This document shows, in pieces, positions 36,655 to 47,597 of a DNA stretch of 64,000 nt. Both the position numbers and the translations under genes were made by a program. The notes under the pieces are model-generated. The model was not told the DNA's origin, made no database searches, and was given only the letters and a program-made list of their open reading frames with translations. Every line of letters starts with the position of its first letter. Position 1 is the first letter of the stretch. The DNA is from an uncultured bacterium (GTDB lineage Bacteria; Babelota; Babeliae; Babelales; Vermiphilaceae): NCBI GenBank assembly GCA_963702025.1, contig OY969699.1, positions 160,001 through 224,000 of the forward strand, given 5' to 3'.

Positions 36655-38289
36655 TTACATTCCTGACGAAGATCCATTTGTGCCGCTGCCGCCACCGGGT
36701 ACCGTTTTCTTGTTGATCGCTTCTAAAAATTCGCGATTGGTTTTCGCTTTTTTCATCTTATCAATCAAGAATTCCATACCTTCAATCGTATTCATCGTTG
36801 CCAAGACTTTCTGCAACACCCATACTTTGTTCAAATCTTCTTCGGATAAGAGAAGATCTTCACGCCGAGTTCCGGACATCAAGAGATCAAATGATGGATA
36901 AATACGCCGATTGGAAAGTTTACGCGTCATGTGCATTTCTAAGTTACCCGTACCTTTAAACTCTTCATAGATAACTTCGTCCATACGTGAGCCGGTTTCA
37001 ACGAGCGCTGATGCTATAATGGTGAGCGAGCCGCCTTCTTCCATATTTCGCGCCGCGCCAAAGAAACGTTTTGGGCGGGTAAGCGCATTGGCATCAATAC
37101 CACCGGTTAATATTTTACCGGAGGCAGGCGCCATGGTGTTATAGGCACGCGCCAAACGGGTTATTGAATCGAGAATGATAAAAACATCTTTACCCGCCTC
37201 AACTAATCGTTTTGCTTTTTCCATAACAATTTCAGCTACTTGAATATGGCGATCGGCAGATTCATCGAAGGTTGAGCTGATTACTTGCGCCGATGATCCA
37301 CGAACCGTGCGCCTCATATCGGCAACCTCTTCGGGCCGCTCATCAACGAGTAAAATAATAAGAATTGCTTCAGGATGATTGGCGATTACCGCTTGTGCAA
37401 TCTCCTTAAGCAACATTGTTTTACCCACTTTTGGCGGCGCAACAATTAATGCACGCTGACCTTTGCCCACTGGGGTAAATAGATCCATTATGCGGGTAGA
37501 AATGCAGGTTGGATCATATTCGAGATTAAATTTTTTATTTGGGTGTAACGGTGAAAGTCTATCAAAATTCGGGCGATCTCCCGCCAACGCCGGGTCTTCA
37601 AAATTTACTTTAGACACTTTAAGAAGCGCAAAATATTTTTCACCTTCTTTTGGTTTACGTATTACACCGGATACGGTGTCGCCTGTTCTTAAATTGAAAC
37701 GCCTAATTTGAGAGGGAGATACGTAAATATCATCCGGCCCTGAAACATAATCGTATTGTGCCGATCGTAAAAACCCAAACCCGTCAGGCAACTTTTCCAG
37801 AACACCCTCAACTTCGATTTCTAAATCAGGATTAGCATCGAGATACTTTATACGCTCTATAAGATTGGTTTTTGATAAAAGACTTGCGCCGACAATGCCA
37901 AATCTTCGCGCATACATATTTAATTCGCCGATAGTCATCTCTTCAAGCGGAATTAGGGTGCGTTGTTTTTGTTCACGATAGTGTGGCTGGCTTGGCATTT
38001 GCCCTGGATCTCTTTGATCCTTTTCACGATAATCGGATGATTGGCGCTGTTCAGATGATGGACTAGCATCCGATTCTCGCTGACGATACTGGGTTCTCAC
38101 ATAGGGTCTACGTTCGCGAGTATATGGACGCGGTTGAGTGCTCTTTTGCTCTTCAGTTGGTTGAGGTAATTCAGAATTAGAACTCGCATTGGTAGGCACT
38201 GGCATATCTACTTCGGGCATAGGTTCTTGTTTCTGATTGTTTTGATCATCGCTGACCACCGGTTTTAATTTTGGATCTTGATCATTCAT
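36655..38289 (-). CDS. rho: Transcription termination factor Rho with N-terminal low-complexity extension
   Basis: [48 protein letters not shown] before 38289. Confidence 0.97.
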   Translation of the reverse strand: MNDQDPKLKPVVSDDQNNQKQEPMPEVDMPVPTNASSNSELPQPTEEQKSTQPRPYTRERRPYVRTQYRQRESDASPSSEQRQSSDYREKDQRDPGQMPSQPHYREQKQRTLIPLEEMTIGELNMYARRFGIVGASLLSKTNLIERIKYLDANPDLEIEVEGVLEKLPDGFGFLRSAQYDYVSGPDDIYVSPSQIRRFNLRTGDTVSGVIRKPKEGEKYFALLKVSKVNFEDPALAGDRPNFDRLSPLHPNKKFNLEYDPTCISTRIMDLFTPVGKGQRALIVAPPKVGKTMLLKEIAQAVIANHPEAILIILLVDERPEEVADMRRTVRGSSAQVISSTFDESADRHIQVAEIVMEKAKRLVEAGKDVFIILDSITRLARAYNTMAPASGKILTGGIDANALTRPKRFFGAARNMEEGGSLTIIASALVETGSRMDEVIYEEFKGTGNLEMHMTRKLSNRRIYPSFDLLMSGTRREDLLLSEEDLNKVWVLQKVLATMNTIEGMEFLIDKMKKAKTNREFLEAINKKTVPGGGSGTNGSSSGM

Positions 38290-38533
38290 CAAAATCTCCT
38301 CAAAGCAAAAATGAAGACACAAAAAGTCATAATATCTCCGAAAATAATTTTTATACTATTGAATTTCACTCAAAAAGTGACCCTAGTTTCCATCGATAAA
38401 AAGGATTTTTTATATAAATTCGATACAGAAATAGAAAGCTTATTTGCAAAAAAATTTTTCTACTAGAATTATTTTATCATGACAAACATTCTATTTTCAA
38501 CTAAATAGTGCATCGTATTAAAAAAAGCTATTT

Positions 38534-39433
38534 TTAAAGGCTTTTTTTCGCATCTTTATAGAGCAGCATCATAACAGGGCTTGCAATATAAATTGAAGAA
38601 TAGGTGCCAAATACTATTCCAATTAGCAATGCCAAAGAAAAATCTCTTAATGCTTCTCCACCAAAAAAGAGCATAGAAAGAACTGTTAAAGCTGTCGCAA
38701 AACTTAATAAAACACTACGACGCAGCGTTTTATTGAGACTTAAGTTAACGATTTCGTGCAGCGTTGCATCTTTCATTTTATGCAAATTATCACGAATTCT
38801 ACTAAAAATTACAATGGTATCGTTAATTGAATAGCCCATCACTGCCAAAATTACACCGATAACGTTAACTGATATTTCAAGATCAAACATTAAGAAAATG
38901 CCCAGAATAGCAAGAGGGTCATGAATAAGGGCAACAATAGCTCCCGCCGCAAAAGCAAATGACCAAAAACGGATAGCGATATAAATTAATATTGCAATCA
39001 ACGCAATAAGCACCGCCAGGAAAAAATTCCATCGCAGGGTTTTTCCTACGCCGGGGCCCACCGCTTCACTTTGTAATATTTGAACCTGATTATCTGGCAT
39101 TTCAGTTTGAACGGCTTGGCGCATACGCTCTGCCAAACCCTTTGAGTCATTAGAATATTCGCTCACGCGAATTAAGACTTCTTCAGGAGTTGAAAACTCA
39201 CGGGCGATTGGATTGCTCCATCCATTTTTCTCTAAAATATCTTTTACGTGGCATATGCTTACCGGTTTGGCAAACTTAAGCATAACCTGTGTGCCACCGG
39301 TAAAATCGATACTATACTTAAACGTTTCGCCGCGCGTCTGCCATTTATATACATAAACGCCTAACGATGCGAGCAAAAAGAGAAAGCTAAAAGTTCCACA
39401 AACTAAACGATATTTTAAAAAATTAATCATCAC
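38534..39433 (-). CDS. secF: Protein translocase subunit SecF
   Basis: IDFTGGT, VGP.VG, ALIHD, GYSINDTIVIF.RIR, GTYSSIYIASP. Confidence 0.95.
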   Translation of the reverse strand: MMINFLKYRLVCGTFSFLFLLASLGVYVYKWQTRGETFKYSIDFTGGTQVMLKFAKPVSICHVKDILEKNGWSNPIAREFSTPEEVLIRVSEYSNDSKGLAERMRQAVQTEMPDNQVQILQSEAVGPGVGKTLRWNFFLAVLIALIAILIYIAIRFWSFAFAAGAIVALIHDPLAILGIFLMFDLEISVNVIGVILAVMGYSINDTIVIFSRIRDNLHKMKDATLHEIVNLSLNKTLRRSVLLSFATALTVLSMLFFGGEALRDFSLALLIGIVFGTYSSIYIASPVMMLLYKDAKKSL

Positions 39434-39551
39434 GCTCTCCGAACTACTTATTATAATGCATATTTTATCGTGGGGTTTTTAGGATTTTTTCACTTGCTTT
39501 AGGCCAGCCACAAAGGCAGAAATCTGATCGATTTGGCACTAAAAAAACGAA

Positions 39552-39809
39552 CTAGGCAAGTGGAAGTATTGAAACGTATTTACGACCCTTGGGCCCAAAG
39601 TGAAATTTAAGCGTTCCTTGCGTTTTGGCAAAGAGCGTATCATCTTTTCCTATGCCAACATATTTACCGGGATGAAACTTGGTACCACGCTGTCTGACGA
39701 TAACTTCACCGCCATTGACTACTTGACCATCAAAAAGCTTTACCCCTAGTCGCTTACTCTGACTATCGCGATTATTCTGCGTCGATCCACCGGTTTTACT
39801 CGTTGCCAT
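39552..39809 (-). CDS. rpmA: 50S ribosomal protein L27
   Basis: [30 protein letters not shown]. Confidence 0.97.
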   Translation of the reverse strand: MATSKTGGSTQNNRDSQSKRLGVKLFDGQVVNGGEVIVRQRGTKFHPGKYVGIGKDDTLFAKTQGTLKFHFGPKGRKYVSILPLA

Positions 39810-39992
39810 CGCAATCCTTATTATTCGTTACTATGTGAATTATTTTTTTTTAGACAAGGCTATTATGGTTCTAGTATGGATAGATCAGCAAAAAAGTCAA
39901 TATCGAGTTTACAAATCCCTAAAAAAGGCTATGCTTTATGATAAGCAAATTATAATAAAAAGTTGCAAATTTGGCGCTATAAACGGAGGCCA

Positions 39993-40691
39993 ATGCTCAT
40001 GAAAAAAGTTGCTCTACTTTTAAATAGTCTTCTCTTCTTAACCAATTCCTTTTCTCTTGAACCAGGCAAAGCACCGCTGGTAAAAGCTGCTGCCGACTCG
40101 ATTTTATTGAATGCGGCAAAAAAAGGTGAATCCCAGCAAATTAAACGCATTCTCGATCATAAAAATGATCCTGATATTCGGGATTCAAATGGCGTAACAC
40201 CCTTAATGTTTGCCTCATATTTTGGATACACTCCCATAGTCCAGATGCTCTTGGCCGCCCGCGCAAACTGTAATCTCGCTACGCATTCAAATAACGCATT
40301 TTCTTTTGGCAAACTGCTCTCAAATAAAAATAGTGGTACCACCGCATTAATGCTTGCGGCATTTTGTGGAAAAATAGAAATCGTTTTGGCACTCTTAAAA
40401 TCCGGCGCTAATCCAAATGCCGTTGATAGTGATGGCCAAACAGCTTTAACGTATGCTATTTTAGCTGATAAAGAATGGCCACATGCGCCGCTGCATGAAT
40501 CGCGCAAAAGGATTATCAAACTACTTCTTGATTTTGGCGCTAATCCAAATATTTGTGATAAAAACGGATTGAATCCTGCCTACTATTATTCTTGTGTGGC
40601 GGGCCTTGTTCCCGGTTTTGGCGTTCGAGGATTCGATACTGATCCAGAAGTTGCGGAGAATGATCCTTTATATAAACGAATGAAATGGTAA
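39993..40691 (+). CDS. Secreted ankyrin-repeat protein
   Basis: GVTPLMFAS, GTTALMLAA, GQTALTYA, GANPN repeats; signal peptide. Confidence 0.9.
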   Translation: MLMKKVALLLNSLLFLTNSFSLEPGKAPLVKAAADSILLNAAKKGESQQIKRILDHKNDPDIRDSNGVTPLMFASYFGYTPIVQMLLAARANCNLATHSNNAFSFGKLLSNKNSGTTALMLAAFCGKIEIVLALLKSGANPNAVDSDGQTALTYAILADKEWPHAPLHESRKRIIKLLLDFGANPNICDKNGLNPAYYYSCVAGLVPGFGVRGFDTDPEVAENDPLYKRMKW

Positions 40692-40701
40692 GGAGTAACA
40701 A

Positions 40702-41448
40702 ATGAAGCAAACCTTTCTTATTTTAACATTGACTACCTATTTGGGAGTTCATGCAATGGAAAGCAATAAAAAACACCCATCCCCATCAGTTTGGGTTTGG
40801 AGCCCTGAAATAGAGAAAGCGCTTGAAATAGCAGCTCAATGGCATGATGGCACATATCGGAAAGGATTGAGTTCGCATCAACCAGCATTTATGTTGCCTA
40901 ACCAAGAAAGTCCTAAAGTTCCGGTCATAACACATTTGGCCGGTGTTGCTATGATATTACTAAGAACAGGATGGGATGATGAAACGGTAGCTGCAGGGCT
41001 TTTGCATGATACACTTGAAGATGCAAATAAAGCCCAACAAAATTTAAGCAAAACAGCACTAGAAGAAGCGGTTGGTAAAAATATTGCAAATATTGTCGCA
41101 GAAGTATCCGAGCAAAAAACCGATAGCTCCGGCGCTAAACTCAGCTGGAAAGAACGCAAAGAAGCCTATATAGCTCATCTAAAAGAAACCGGCAATTTTA
41201 GAGCGGTAGCAGTAAGTTTAGCCGATAAAATTAATAATATCCGTACCATGAATAATACTATTGCAGCAGGCATTAATCCTTTTAAAGCATCAACCGATAG
41301 AGAAGCGCTCAAAGCGGGCCCCGCTGAACAGATTTGGTATTTCACATCAGTCATCGAAGCTTCTGTGCGGTTTGATGATTCTCGCCTAAAACCATTGCGC
41401 GAAACATTGTCGCAGGAATTAACTCGTTTTAAAGATCTCACAAAATAA
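40702..41448 (+). CDS. HD-domain (RelA/SpoT hydrolase/Mesh1-like) protein with signal peptide
   Basis: ALEIA..WH.G..RK, THL..VA, AAGLLHDTLED, W.ERK, ADKINN; signal peptide ..VHA-ME. Confidence 0.85.
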   Translation: MKQTFLILTLTTYLGVHAMESNKKHPSPSVWVWSPEIEKALEIAAQWHDGTYRKGLSSHQPAFMLPNQESPKVPVITHLAGVAMILLRTGWDDETVAAGLLHDTLEDANKAQQNLSKTALEEAVGKNIANIVAEVSEQKTDSSGAKLSWKERKEAYIAHLKETGNFRAVAVSLADKINNIRTMNNTIAAGINPFKASTDREALKAGPAEQIWYFTSVIEASVRFDDSRLKPLRETLSQELTRFKDLTK

Positions 41449-41462
41449 AAAAAATCTTATTG

Positions 41463-41491
41463 AAAGACCTTCGTTAAAAAACGGGGTCTTT
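41463..41491. terminator. Bidirectional terminator hairpin
   Basis: aaagaccttcgtt..aacggggtcttt between convergent genes. Confidence 0.6.
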
Positions 41492-41505
41492 TATTAAAAG
41501 AAGTT

Positions 41506-41925
41506 TTAGATCTTAATAAGCCTATATAATTTTTTCATAAGATTGAAATGAGTTTCAGCTTTTTGTGCAATTCTTTCAGCCATCTCATCGCTATAAGTAT
41601 GCACGGTCTCATTGCGATCATCAGACATTTCTAATGCTTCTCGCAGTTCATTTTCAGATAACAGTTTTTGATTAAAACATTCTTGAAATACCTTCTTAGG
41701 CGAAACCACTTCTTGCCCATGTTTTTTTGCTAAAAAATCTTTTAAACTTTTCCAAAGTAGATCGAAACATATCTCAAAGCGCTTGATGACAGAATCACGA
41801 AATGCTATAGTTTCGGGAGAATTTTTAGGTTTATGCTTCTTACTTTCTGTAAGCAACTCAATACTATTTGAAAATTGTATGAGCGCTTTATCAAGATCCT
41901 GATATCGCTTAGTTACTCTTTCCAC
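41506..41925 (-). CDS. HEPN toxin / nucleotidyltransferase substrate-binding protein (HI0074-like)
   Basis: RDSVIKRFE.CF.L.WK, SPKKV, DRNETVHTY (Rx4H plus Tyr). Confidence 0.88.
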   Translation of the reverse strand: MERVTKRYQDLDKALIQFSNSIELLTESKKHKPKNSPETIAFRDSVIKRFEICFDLLWKSLKDFLAKKHGQEVVSPKKVFQECFNQKLLSENELREALEMSDDRNETVHTYSDEMAERIAQKAETHFNLMKKLYRLIKI

Positions 41926-42215
41926 AAGATTCCTTCTTTCAGTATGTTCATTCTGAATCCCGCCGGAACACTATTAAGATCAACGACATCAACTTTTCGC
42001 AAAATATTTACTGCCTCAAGAACATTCTTTGCCATAGCAATCTCTGATATGTCTAATTGCCTGCCCATATCAAGTGCCAAATCTATATCCGATTCAAACT
42101 TATGAGTTCCTTTAGCTCTTGACCCAAATAAATATATCTTAACGCCAGGAAAAAGAGCGCTGAGCATACGAATAATCAAATCTTTTTGTGTAACATCACC
42201 ACTAATATTTTTCAT
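41913..42215 (-). CDS. Minimal nucleotidyltransferase (MNT) antitoxin
   Basis: YLFGSRAKG....SDIDLA, KVDVVD. Confidence 0.9.
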   Translation of the reverse strand: MKNISGDVTQKDLIIRMLSALFPGVKIYLFGSRAKGTHKFESDIDLALDMGRQLDISEIAMAKNVLEAVNILRKVDVVDLNSVPAGFRMNILKEGILWKE

Positions 42216-44935
42216 TTGGTAGTCTCTTTCCAGTTTTTACCAATCCGGGTACTTACCACTAACGGTACATTCCAATCGACAACATTTTCAAGAACCGTAG
42301 TAACTAATCCCGGCACCTTCTCTATTTCATCATGCGGCACTTCAATGAGAAGTTCGTCATGGATTTGCAAAACCATTTCACTGCGTAAATGCTCTTTTTT
42401 AAACGCGGTATCCAGATGCAGCATGCCGATTTTCATAATCTCGGCAGCAGTGCCTTGTGACACGGTATTAATAGCAACGCGACATGCTTCTTCATACATT
42501 GCACGATTTTTTTCATAAATAGCTGGTACATATCGGCGGCGACCCCAATGGGTTGTCACATACCCATGATGTTTTGTATCAATAATAACTTTTTCCATCC
42601 ACGCAGAAACGCCCGGGTATTGGGCAAAATATTTTTCTATGTATATTTTTGCATCTTTAAAGGGAATTTTTAAATCTTGCGATAGGCCGTAGGGCGTCAT
42701 GCCATATAAAACACTAAAATTAATACGTTTACCAATCTGGCGTTGCGCAGAGGTCACTTGATCAAGCGGCACATCAAACAATGCCGATGCAGTTTCAGTA
42801 TGAACATCACGGTTATTGAGGAATGCATCCATCAAATTTTTATCTTGGGATAAATAGGCAAGCACCCGAAGCTCAATTTGTGAATAATCGGCCGAAAGAA
42901 AAACATATCCTTCTCTAGGCGTAAACGCAGCACGAATTTCTATGCCGTGGCCATTATTTGTTGGAATATTCTGCAGGTTCGGCTCAGAACTGGCAAGCCG
43001 CCCGGTTGCCACTATCGTTTGGCTAAATGTTGTATGAATTTTTTTAGTGTGAGGGTTCACGTAATCGGGCAAAGCATCGATATACGTAGTTTTTAACTTG
43101 GAAAGTTCCCGATATTTCATTATTAACCGCGGCACCGGATGCAAGGCGCTTAAGAATTCTAAAACTTCCTGATCCGTTGAATAGCCTGTGCGTTTTGCAC
43201 TCTTTTTTTGTGGCGGCAATTGCAACTTCACAAATAAAAGTTGTTCAACCTGACGCGGCGAATTAAGATTTAACTCGGCCATGCTCATGCCAACCAGATC
43301 ACCAATCTCTTTGATGATATCAGCTAATTCAGCATCAACTTTTTTCCCGAGCTGGGCAAGCAAACTGGTATTAAGGCATATTCCTTCAACTTCCATTTCA
43401 TACAAAATCTGACTGAGGGGATGCTCAATGGTGTAATATAAATCTAAAAGTTTTTCTTCTTTTAATGCTTTTTCCAAAAGTGGCTTTAAGCGGAATGTTT
43501 GATGTGCGTCAGCAGCGGCATATTTTGTTGCCAATTCAAGCGGCACATAGGAAAAGTTTTTGTATTTATTATCTTTTACCACTTCCTGAAATGTTAACAT
43601 CGGTTCATTAAAATAATGCTCCGAAAGATATTTTAACCCAATCCGCTGCCAATCTTTGGTGACTAAGTTAGCGGCAATAAGCGTATCAAAAATAATGCCA
43701 TTCACTTCCAAGCCAATCCCATGCAGCGCCTCTTGATCAAATTTTGCACTATGAAAAATTTTCTGGATTTGAGCATCTGCCAAAATAGGCTTCAGAGTTT
43801 CAACCACATAATCTTGCGAAAGTTGTTGCACATTTTTATGGCCAAATGGCAGATAGTAAGCCGTTCCTTCTTGAACACAGAATGAAATGCCAACACAAGA
43901 ATTTTTCACCAGCGGATACCAGCCATTTGTCTCAGTATCAAGAGCAACCAGTTTGCGCTGCTTGATTAAGGAGCACAGATGGTTAAGCTGATCAATGCTT
44001 ACAATAGTGATAAATTCATAGCCAACCATTTTTTGTGCAATTTCTAGCTGAACACCTTTTTCTACCTCATTGGTGACTTCCAAATCTTTGAGTAATGTCT
44101 TAAAATCAAGTTCAGCAAATAACGGACGTGCTTTTTCCCAATTTTTTGCACTAAATTGCAAATCATCAAATGAAAGCCCTGATGGATGCATTTGCAAAAG
44201 AAAAAGTTTATAACTTAAAAAGGCGTTGTCTTTATGCGTTATTAAAGCAGCGCGCATGCGATCTTTAGAAACCTTGTCTAAATGTTCATAAACATCTTCT
44301 AAAGAATTAAATTGTGTTACTAGTTCGAGCGCTCCCTTATCACCAATTCCTTTAACACCGGGAATATTATCGGAAGTATCACCAAGAATGGCAAAATAGA
44401 AGGGCAATTTACTAATGGGAAGCCCCATCTTTTTTTCAAATTTTTCTTGATTAAAAAATTCATCTTTCCAAGGATCAAAGAGCACTATTGTATCATTTTC
44501 AATCGTCTGGCCCATATCTTTATCGGAAGTTACCAAGACAACATTATGGCCCAACTTTTTTTGCTCCTGCGCAATGGAATACATAATATCATCCGCTTCA
44601 ATGCCTTGCTGCGCAACTTGCTTCAATCCAATCAAATCGGCAAATTGAATAATGTATGCTTTTTGTTCAAATATATCGCTGGGCGGCGCTTGGCGAGTTG
44701 CTTTGTATTCCTGATACATTTCATGGCGCGTCGTTTTTCCTTTGCTATCCCAGACAATAGCAATATGCTCCGGCTTAAATGTGTCAATTAATTTTTTAAT
44801 CATGCGGCAGAAACTATAGACCGCTTGCACCGGGATCCCTTTGGCCGTATGCAAGGGGCGAACGCCATAATAAGCTCGATACAAAAATGAAGAACCATCG
44901 ATGAGAAATACTGTTTTTTTGGGATCAAAATTCAT
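42212..44935 (-). CDS. polA: DNA polymerase I
   Basis: 5'-3' exonuclease LIDGSS..YRAY, EADD; DTET exonuclease motif; TGRLASSEPNLQNIP, DYSQIELR, QIHDEL. Confidence 0.98.
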   Translation of the reverse strand: MNFDPKKTVFLIDGSSFLYRAYYGVRPLHTAKGIPVQAVYSFCRMIKKLIDTFKPEHIAIVWDSKGKTTRHEMYQEYKATRQAPPSDIFEQKAYIIQFADLIGLKQVAQQGIEADDIMYSIAQEQKKLGHNVVLVTSDKDMGQTIENDTIVLFDPWKDEFFNQEKFEKKMGLPISKLPFYFAILGDTSDNIPGVKGIGDKGALELVTQFNSLEDVYEHLDKVSKDRMRAALITHKDNAFLSYKLFLLQMHPSGLSFDDLQFSAKNWEKARPLFAELDFKTLLKDLEVTNEVEKGVQLEIAQKMVGYEFITIVSIDQLNHLCSLIKQRKLVALDTETNGWYPLVKNSCVGISFCVQEGTAYYLPFGHKNVQQLSQDYVVETLKPILADAQIQKIFHSAKFDQEALHGIGLEVNGIIFDTLIAANLVTKDWQRIGLKYLSEHYFNEPMLTFQEVVKDNKYKNFSYVPLELATKYAAADAHQTFRLKPLLEKALKEEKLLDLYYTIEHPLSQILYEMEVEGICLNTSLLAQLGKKVDAELADIIKEIGDLVGMSMAELNLNSPRQVEQLLFVKLQLPPQKKSAKRTGYSTDQEVLEFLSALHPVPRLIMKYRELSKLKTTYIDALPDYVNPHTKKIHTTFSQTIVATGRLASSEPNLQNIPTNNGHGIEIRAAFTPREGYVFLSADYSQIELRVLAYLSQDKNLMDAFLNNRDVHTETASALFDVPLDQVTSAQRQIGKRINFSVLYGMTPYGLSQDLKIPFKDAKIYIEKYFAQYPGVSAWMEKVIIDTKHHGYVTTHWGRRRYVPAIYEKNRAMYEEACRVAINTVSQGTAAEIMKIGMLHLDTAFKKEHLRSEMVLQIHDELLIEVPHDEIEKVPGLVTTVLENVVDWNVPLVVSTRIGKNWKETTK

Positions 44936-44984
44936 TTGTTTTTACCTTTGGACGCATAGCGCGCTTTTCTCGTCATGCCACTAT

Positions 44985-45542
44985 CTAAGCGGTGGCAAGT
45001 TTCTTGTAAATTTCTTTTGCTACTGATGGCGATACATAATCCTTCGCGTCTTTAAATTGTGCCTCAGGCAATGCTTGACCACCAATTTTTGTTAATCTAT
45101 AAATAGTAGCTTGTAATAAACTTTTTTCAACTCCAAGCGACTTCAACTCTTTGTAGCCAAATTCGCGCGCGCCAAATGTTTCAATAATTTTTTTTAATAA
45201 CAATTCATCGCCGTGACCAATAACTGAACTGGCAAAAACAAATTCGTAATGGCCCAACTGCCACAAAATTGCCTTGGGTATGTTGTTACGCATTTCCAAA
45301 AAGAATCCTTGGGATGTTTGGCTTTCATCCGGCTTGCAACATTCAGGCCGACGCAAATCAAGGGTAACAGCTTTTCCCGAATGCTCTTTTTTTATAGATT
45401 CTGCTAAATCGATAATTTTATTTTTAATATTTATTACTATCTTATAATCTTCAAGATAGATGCGATCCGATGCCTCTTTTTCTTCCATAGCACACGCAGC
45501 AAGATTCAATATGCTCAAAAAATAGATTAATCTTTTCATCAT
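44985..45542 (-). CDS. Secreted hypothetical protein
   Basis: Signal peptide ..ACA-ME; AGGAG RBS. Confidence 0.65.
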   Translation of the reverse strand: MMKRLIYFLSILNLAACAMEEKEASDRIYLEDYKIVINIKNKIIDLAESIKKEHSGKAVTLDLRRPECCKPDESQTSQGFFLEMRNNIPKAILWQLGHYEFVFASSVIGHGDELLLKKIIETFGAREFGYKELKSLGVEKSLLQATIYRLTKIGGQALPEAQFKDAKDYVSPSVAKEIYKKLATA

Positions 45543-45628
45543 AATACTCCTGATAAAAATAATGATTCATCTCACTTTTTTGTTGGTATACTATCTTTAA
45601 GTTAATACCTTTTATTCAGCGATGGCAA

Positions 45629-47593
45629 ATGCATTATATTCATGTGAAACTTCTTAATGGGTTCCCGCAACCCTTAACCTATAAAGTCCCTCAACATTTG
45701 CAGGAAAACCTTATTGGCACCGTGGTGAAGGTTCCTCTTAAGGATCGTTTTGTTTCAGCATACGTCTTTGCACAATCAGAAAAACTTGCCACCATTCCCG
45801 CATTTATAATCAAAGAGATGCATTCGCGTGAACCTTTTCCGGCTGATACTCATTATCAGCAATTTCTTGCGCAACTGGGCTCCTATTATCAGGTTGACCC
45901 ACTTCATTTTGTAAAAAGAATTCGCAATTTTGTGAGTCAAGAAGCCGAACCGGAAATTGTATCTGCCCATCAAGTAGCCGGATCCTCAAAAGTTATTCAA
46001 CTCACCCAAGAGCAACAGCATATTGTTGATACGCTCAGCCCCTTCATTGCCCAAGATATTTTTTGCCCGGCACTGGTCCACGGCGTCACCGGTTCAGGTA
46101 AAACAGAAGTATACAAAGAGCTCATTATTAGAACTCTTGAGCAGAAAAAAACTGCGCTCTTACTCTTGCCGGAAGTGAGCCTGGCCTTACGCTTTGAACA
46201 ATTGCTCAAAATACAACTTCCGCAAATACCCATTTTTGGGTTTCACTCGGGAACGCGGCCCAAGGAAAAACGACAATTATGGCAGATGCTGCTGGCAGGA
46301 AAGCCGCTCTTAATCATCGGCGTTCACATTCCCATTTTACTGCCGATTGCTCATTTGGGTTGTATTATAGTTGATGAAGAACATGAGATTGGCTACCAAG
46401 AAAAAAAGCACCCGAAAGTAAATACCAAAGAAGCAGCGCTCATGCGCGCACAACTGAATAAAATTCCCATTGTGCTCGGATCGGCAACGCCATCAATCAG
46501 CTCACTACATCTGGCTAGAACTAAAAAGTGGCACTTTTTTTCGCTGCGCAATCGATTTGCCGGATCATTCCCCGAAATTAAAATTGTATTATTGCCCACC
46601 AAAGAACGCCGTTCCCATTTTTGGATAACCAAAGAACTTGAAGCAGCTATTAAAGATCGTTTGGCAAAAAAAGAACAAATTATCATTTTTTTAAATCGGC
46701 GCGGCTATAGCTTTTTTGTGCAATGCAAAGACTGCAGTTTTATTTTTGAATGTACCGCCTGCTCAGTGAGTCTCACGTTGCATAATACCAATGAACTCAC
46801 CTGCCATTATTGCGGCCGCAGCCAATCATTGCCCCAAACATGTCCTGGCTGCAAATCAAGTGGTCTTTTAAAAAAAGGAATTGGCACACAACAAGTAGTA
46901 ACTATCCTTGAAAATGTCTTTCCCGGAGCACGGGTAGGCCGGGCCGATATGGATGTGAGCAGCAAGAAAAAAATATGGCAACAAACTATGCATGATTTTG
47001 AAACCGGCGCTATTGATATTTTGGTTGGCACGCAAACAATTACCAAAGGGTTCCACTTCCCCAAAGTTACTTTGGTGGGCATTTTATGGGCAGATCTCAA
47101 TTTACATTTTCCATTTTACAATGCCGCCGAAACAAGTTTGCAACAATTGATTCAAGTGGCCGGCCGTGCGGGAAGAGAATATGCGGGCAGCCAAGTGATT
47201 GTGCAAACCATGATGCGCCATCCAATATTTAACTATGTGAATGAAGTTAACTATCTTGATTATTTCGAATACGAAATGGGTATTCGCGCCATGGTAAAAT
47301 ATCCGCCCATTATTCGTCTAGTGGAAATAGAGATTAAAAACACCAATGAAACTGAGTGTGATGACGAATCGCTACAAATAGCTGAAATATTATTGCAAAT
47401 CATTGAAAAAAATAAATATCAAATCACTCTTTTGGGCCCGGCAAAACCATCGGTGGCAAAAATAAAAAATATTCACTCGCGCAAGATATTTTTAAAAAGT
47501 GATTCGATTGCGCAATTAATTAATGCCTTCAGGCACATTGATTGCACACGATTCAAGAGCCACATTTTTTTTACACCAAATCCTAATAGTTAG
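45629..47593 (+). CDS. priA: Primosomal protein N'
   Basis: GVTGSGKTEVY, DEEH, GSATPS, NRRGY, four CxxC motifs, QVAGRAGR. Confidence 0.96.
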   Translation: MHYIHVKLLNGFPQPLTYKVPQHLQENLIGTVVKVPLKDRFVSAYVFAQSEKLATIPAFIIKEMHSREPFPADTHYQQFLAQLGSYYQVDPLHFVKRIRNFVSQEAEPEIVSAHQVAGSSKVIQLTQEQQHIVDTLSPFIAQDIFCPALVHGVTGSGKTEVYKELIIRTLEQKKTALLLLPEVSLALRFEQLLKIQLPQIPIFGFHSGTRPKEKRQLWQMLLAGKPLLIIGVHIPILLPIAHLGCIIVDEEHEIGYQEKKHPKVNTKEAALMRAQLNKIPIVLGSATPSISSLHLARTKKWHFFSLRNRFAGSFPEIKIVLLPTKERRSHFWITKELEAAIKDRLAKKEQIIIFLNRRGYSFFVQCKDCSFIFECTACSVSLTLHNTNELTCHYCGRSQSLPQTCPGCKSSGLLKKGIGTQQVVTILENVFPGARVGRADMDVSSKKKIWQQTMHDFETGAIDILVGTQTITKGFHFPKVTLVGILWADLNLHFPFYNAAETSLQQLIQVAGRAGREYAGSQVIVQTMMRHPIFNYVNEVNYLDYFEYEMGIRAMVKYPPIIRLVEIEIKNTNETECDDESLQIAEILLQIIEKNKYQITLLGPAKPSVAKIKNIHSRKIFLKSDSIAQLINAFRHIDCTRFKSHIFFTPNPNS

Positions 47594-47597
47594 AGCG

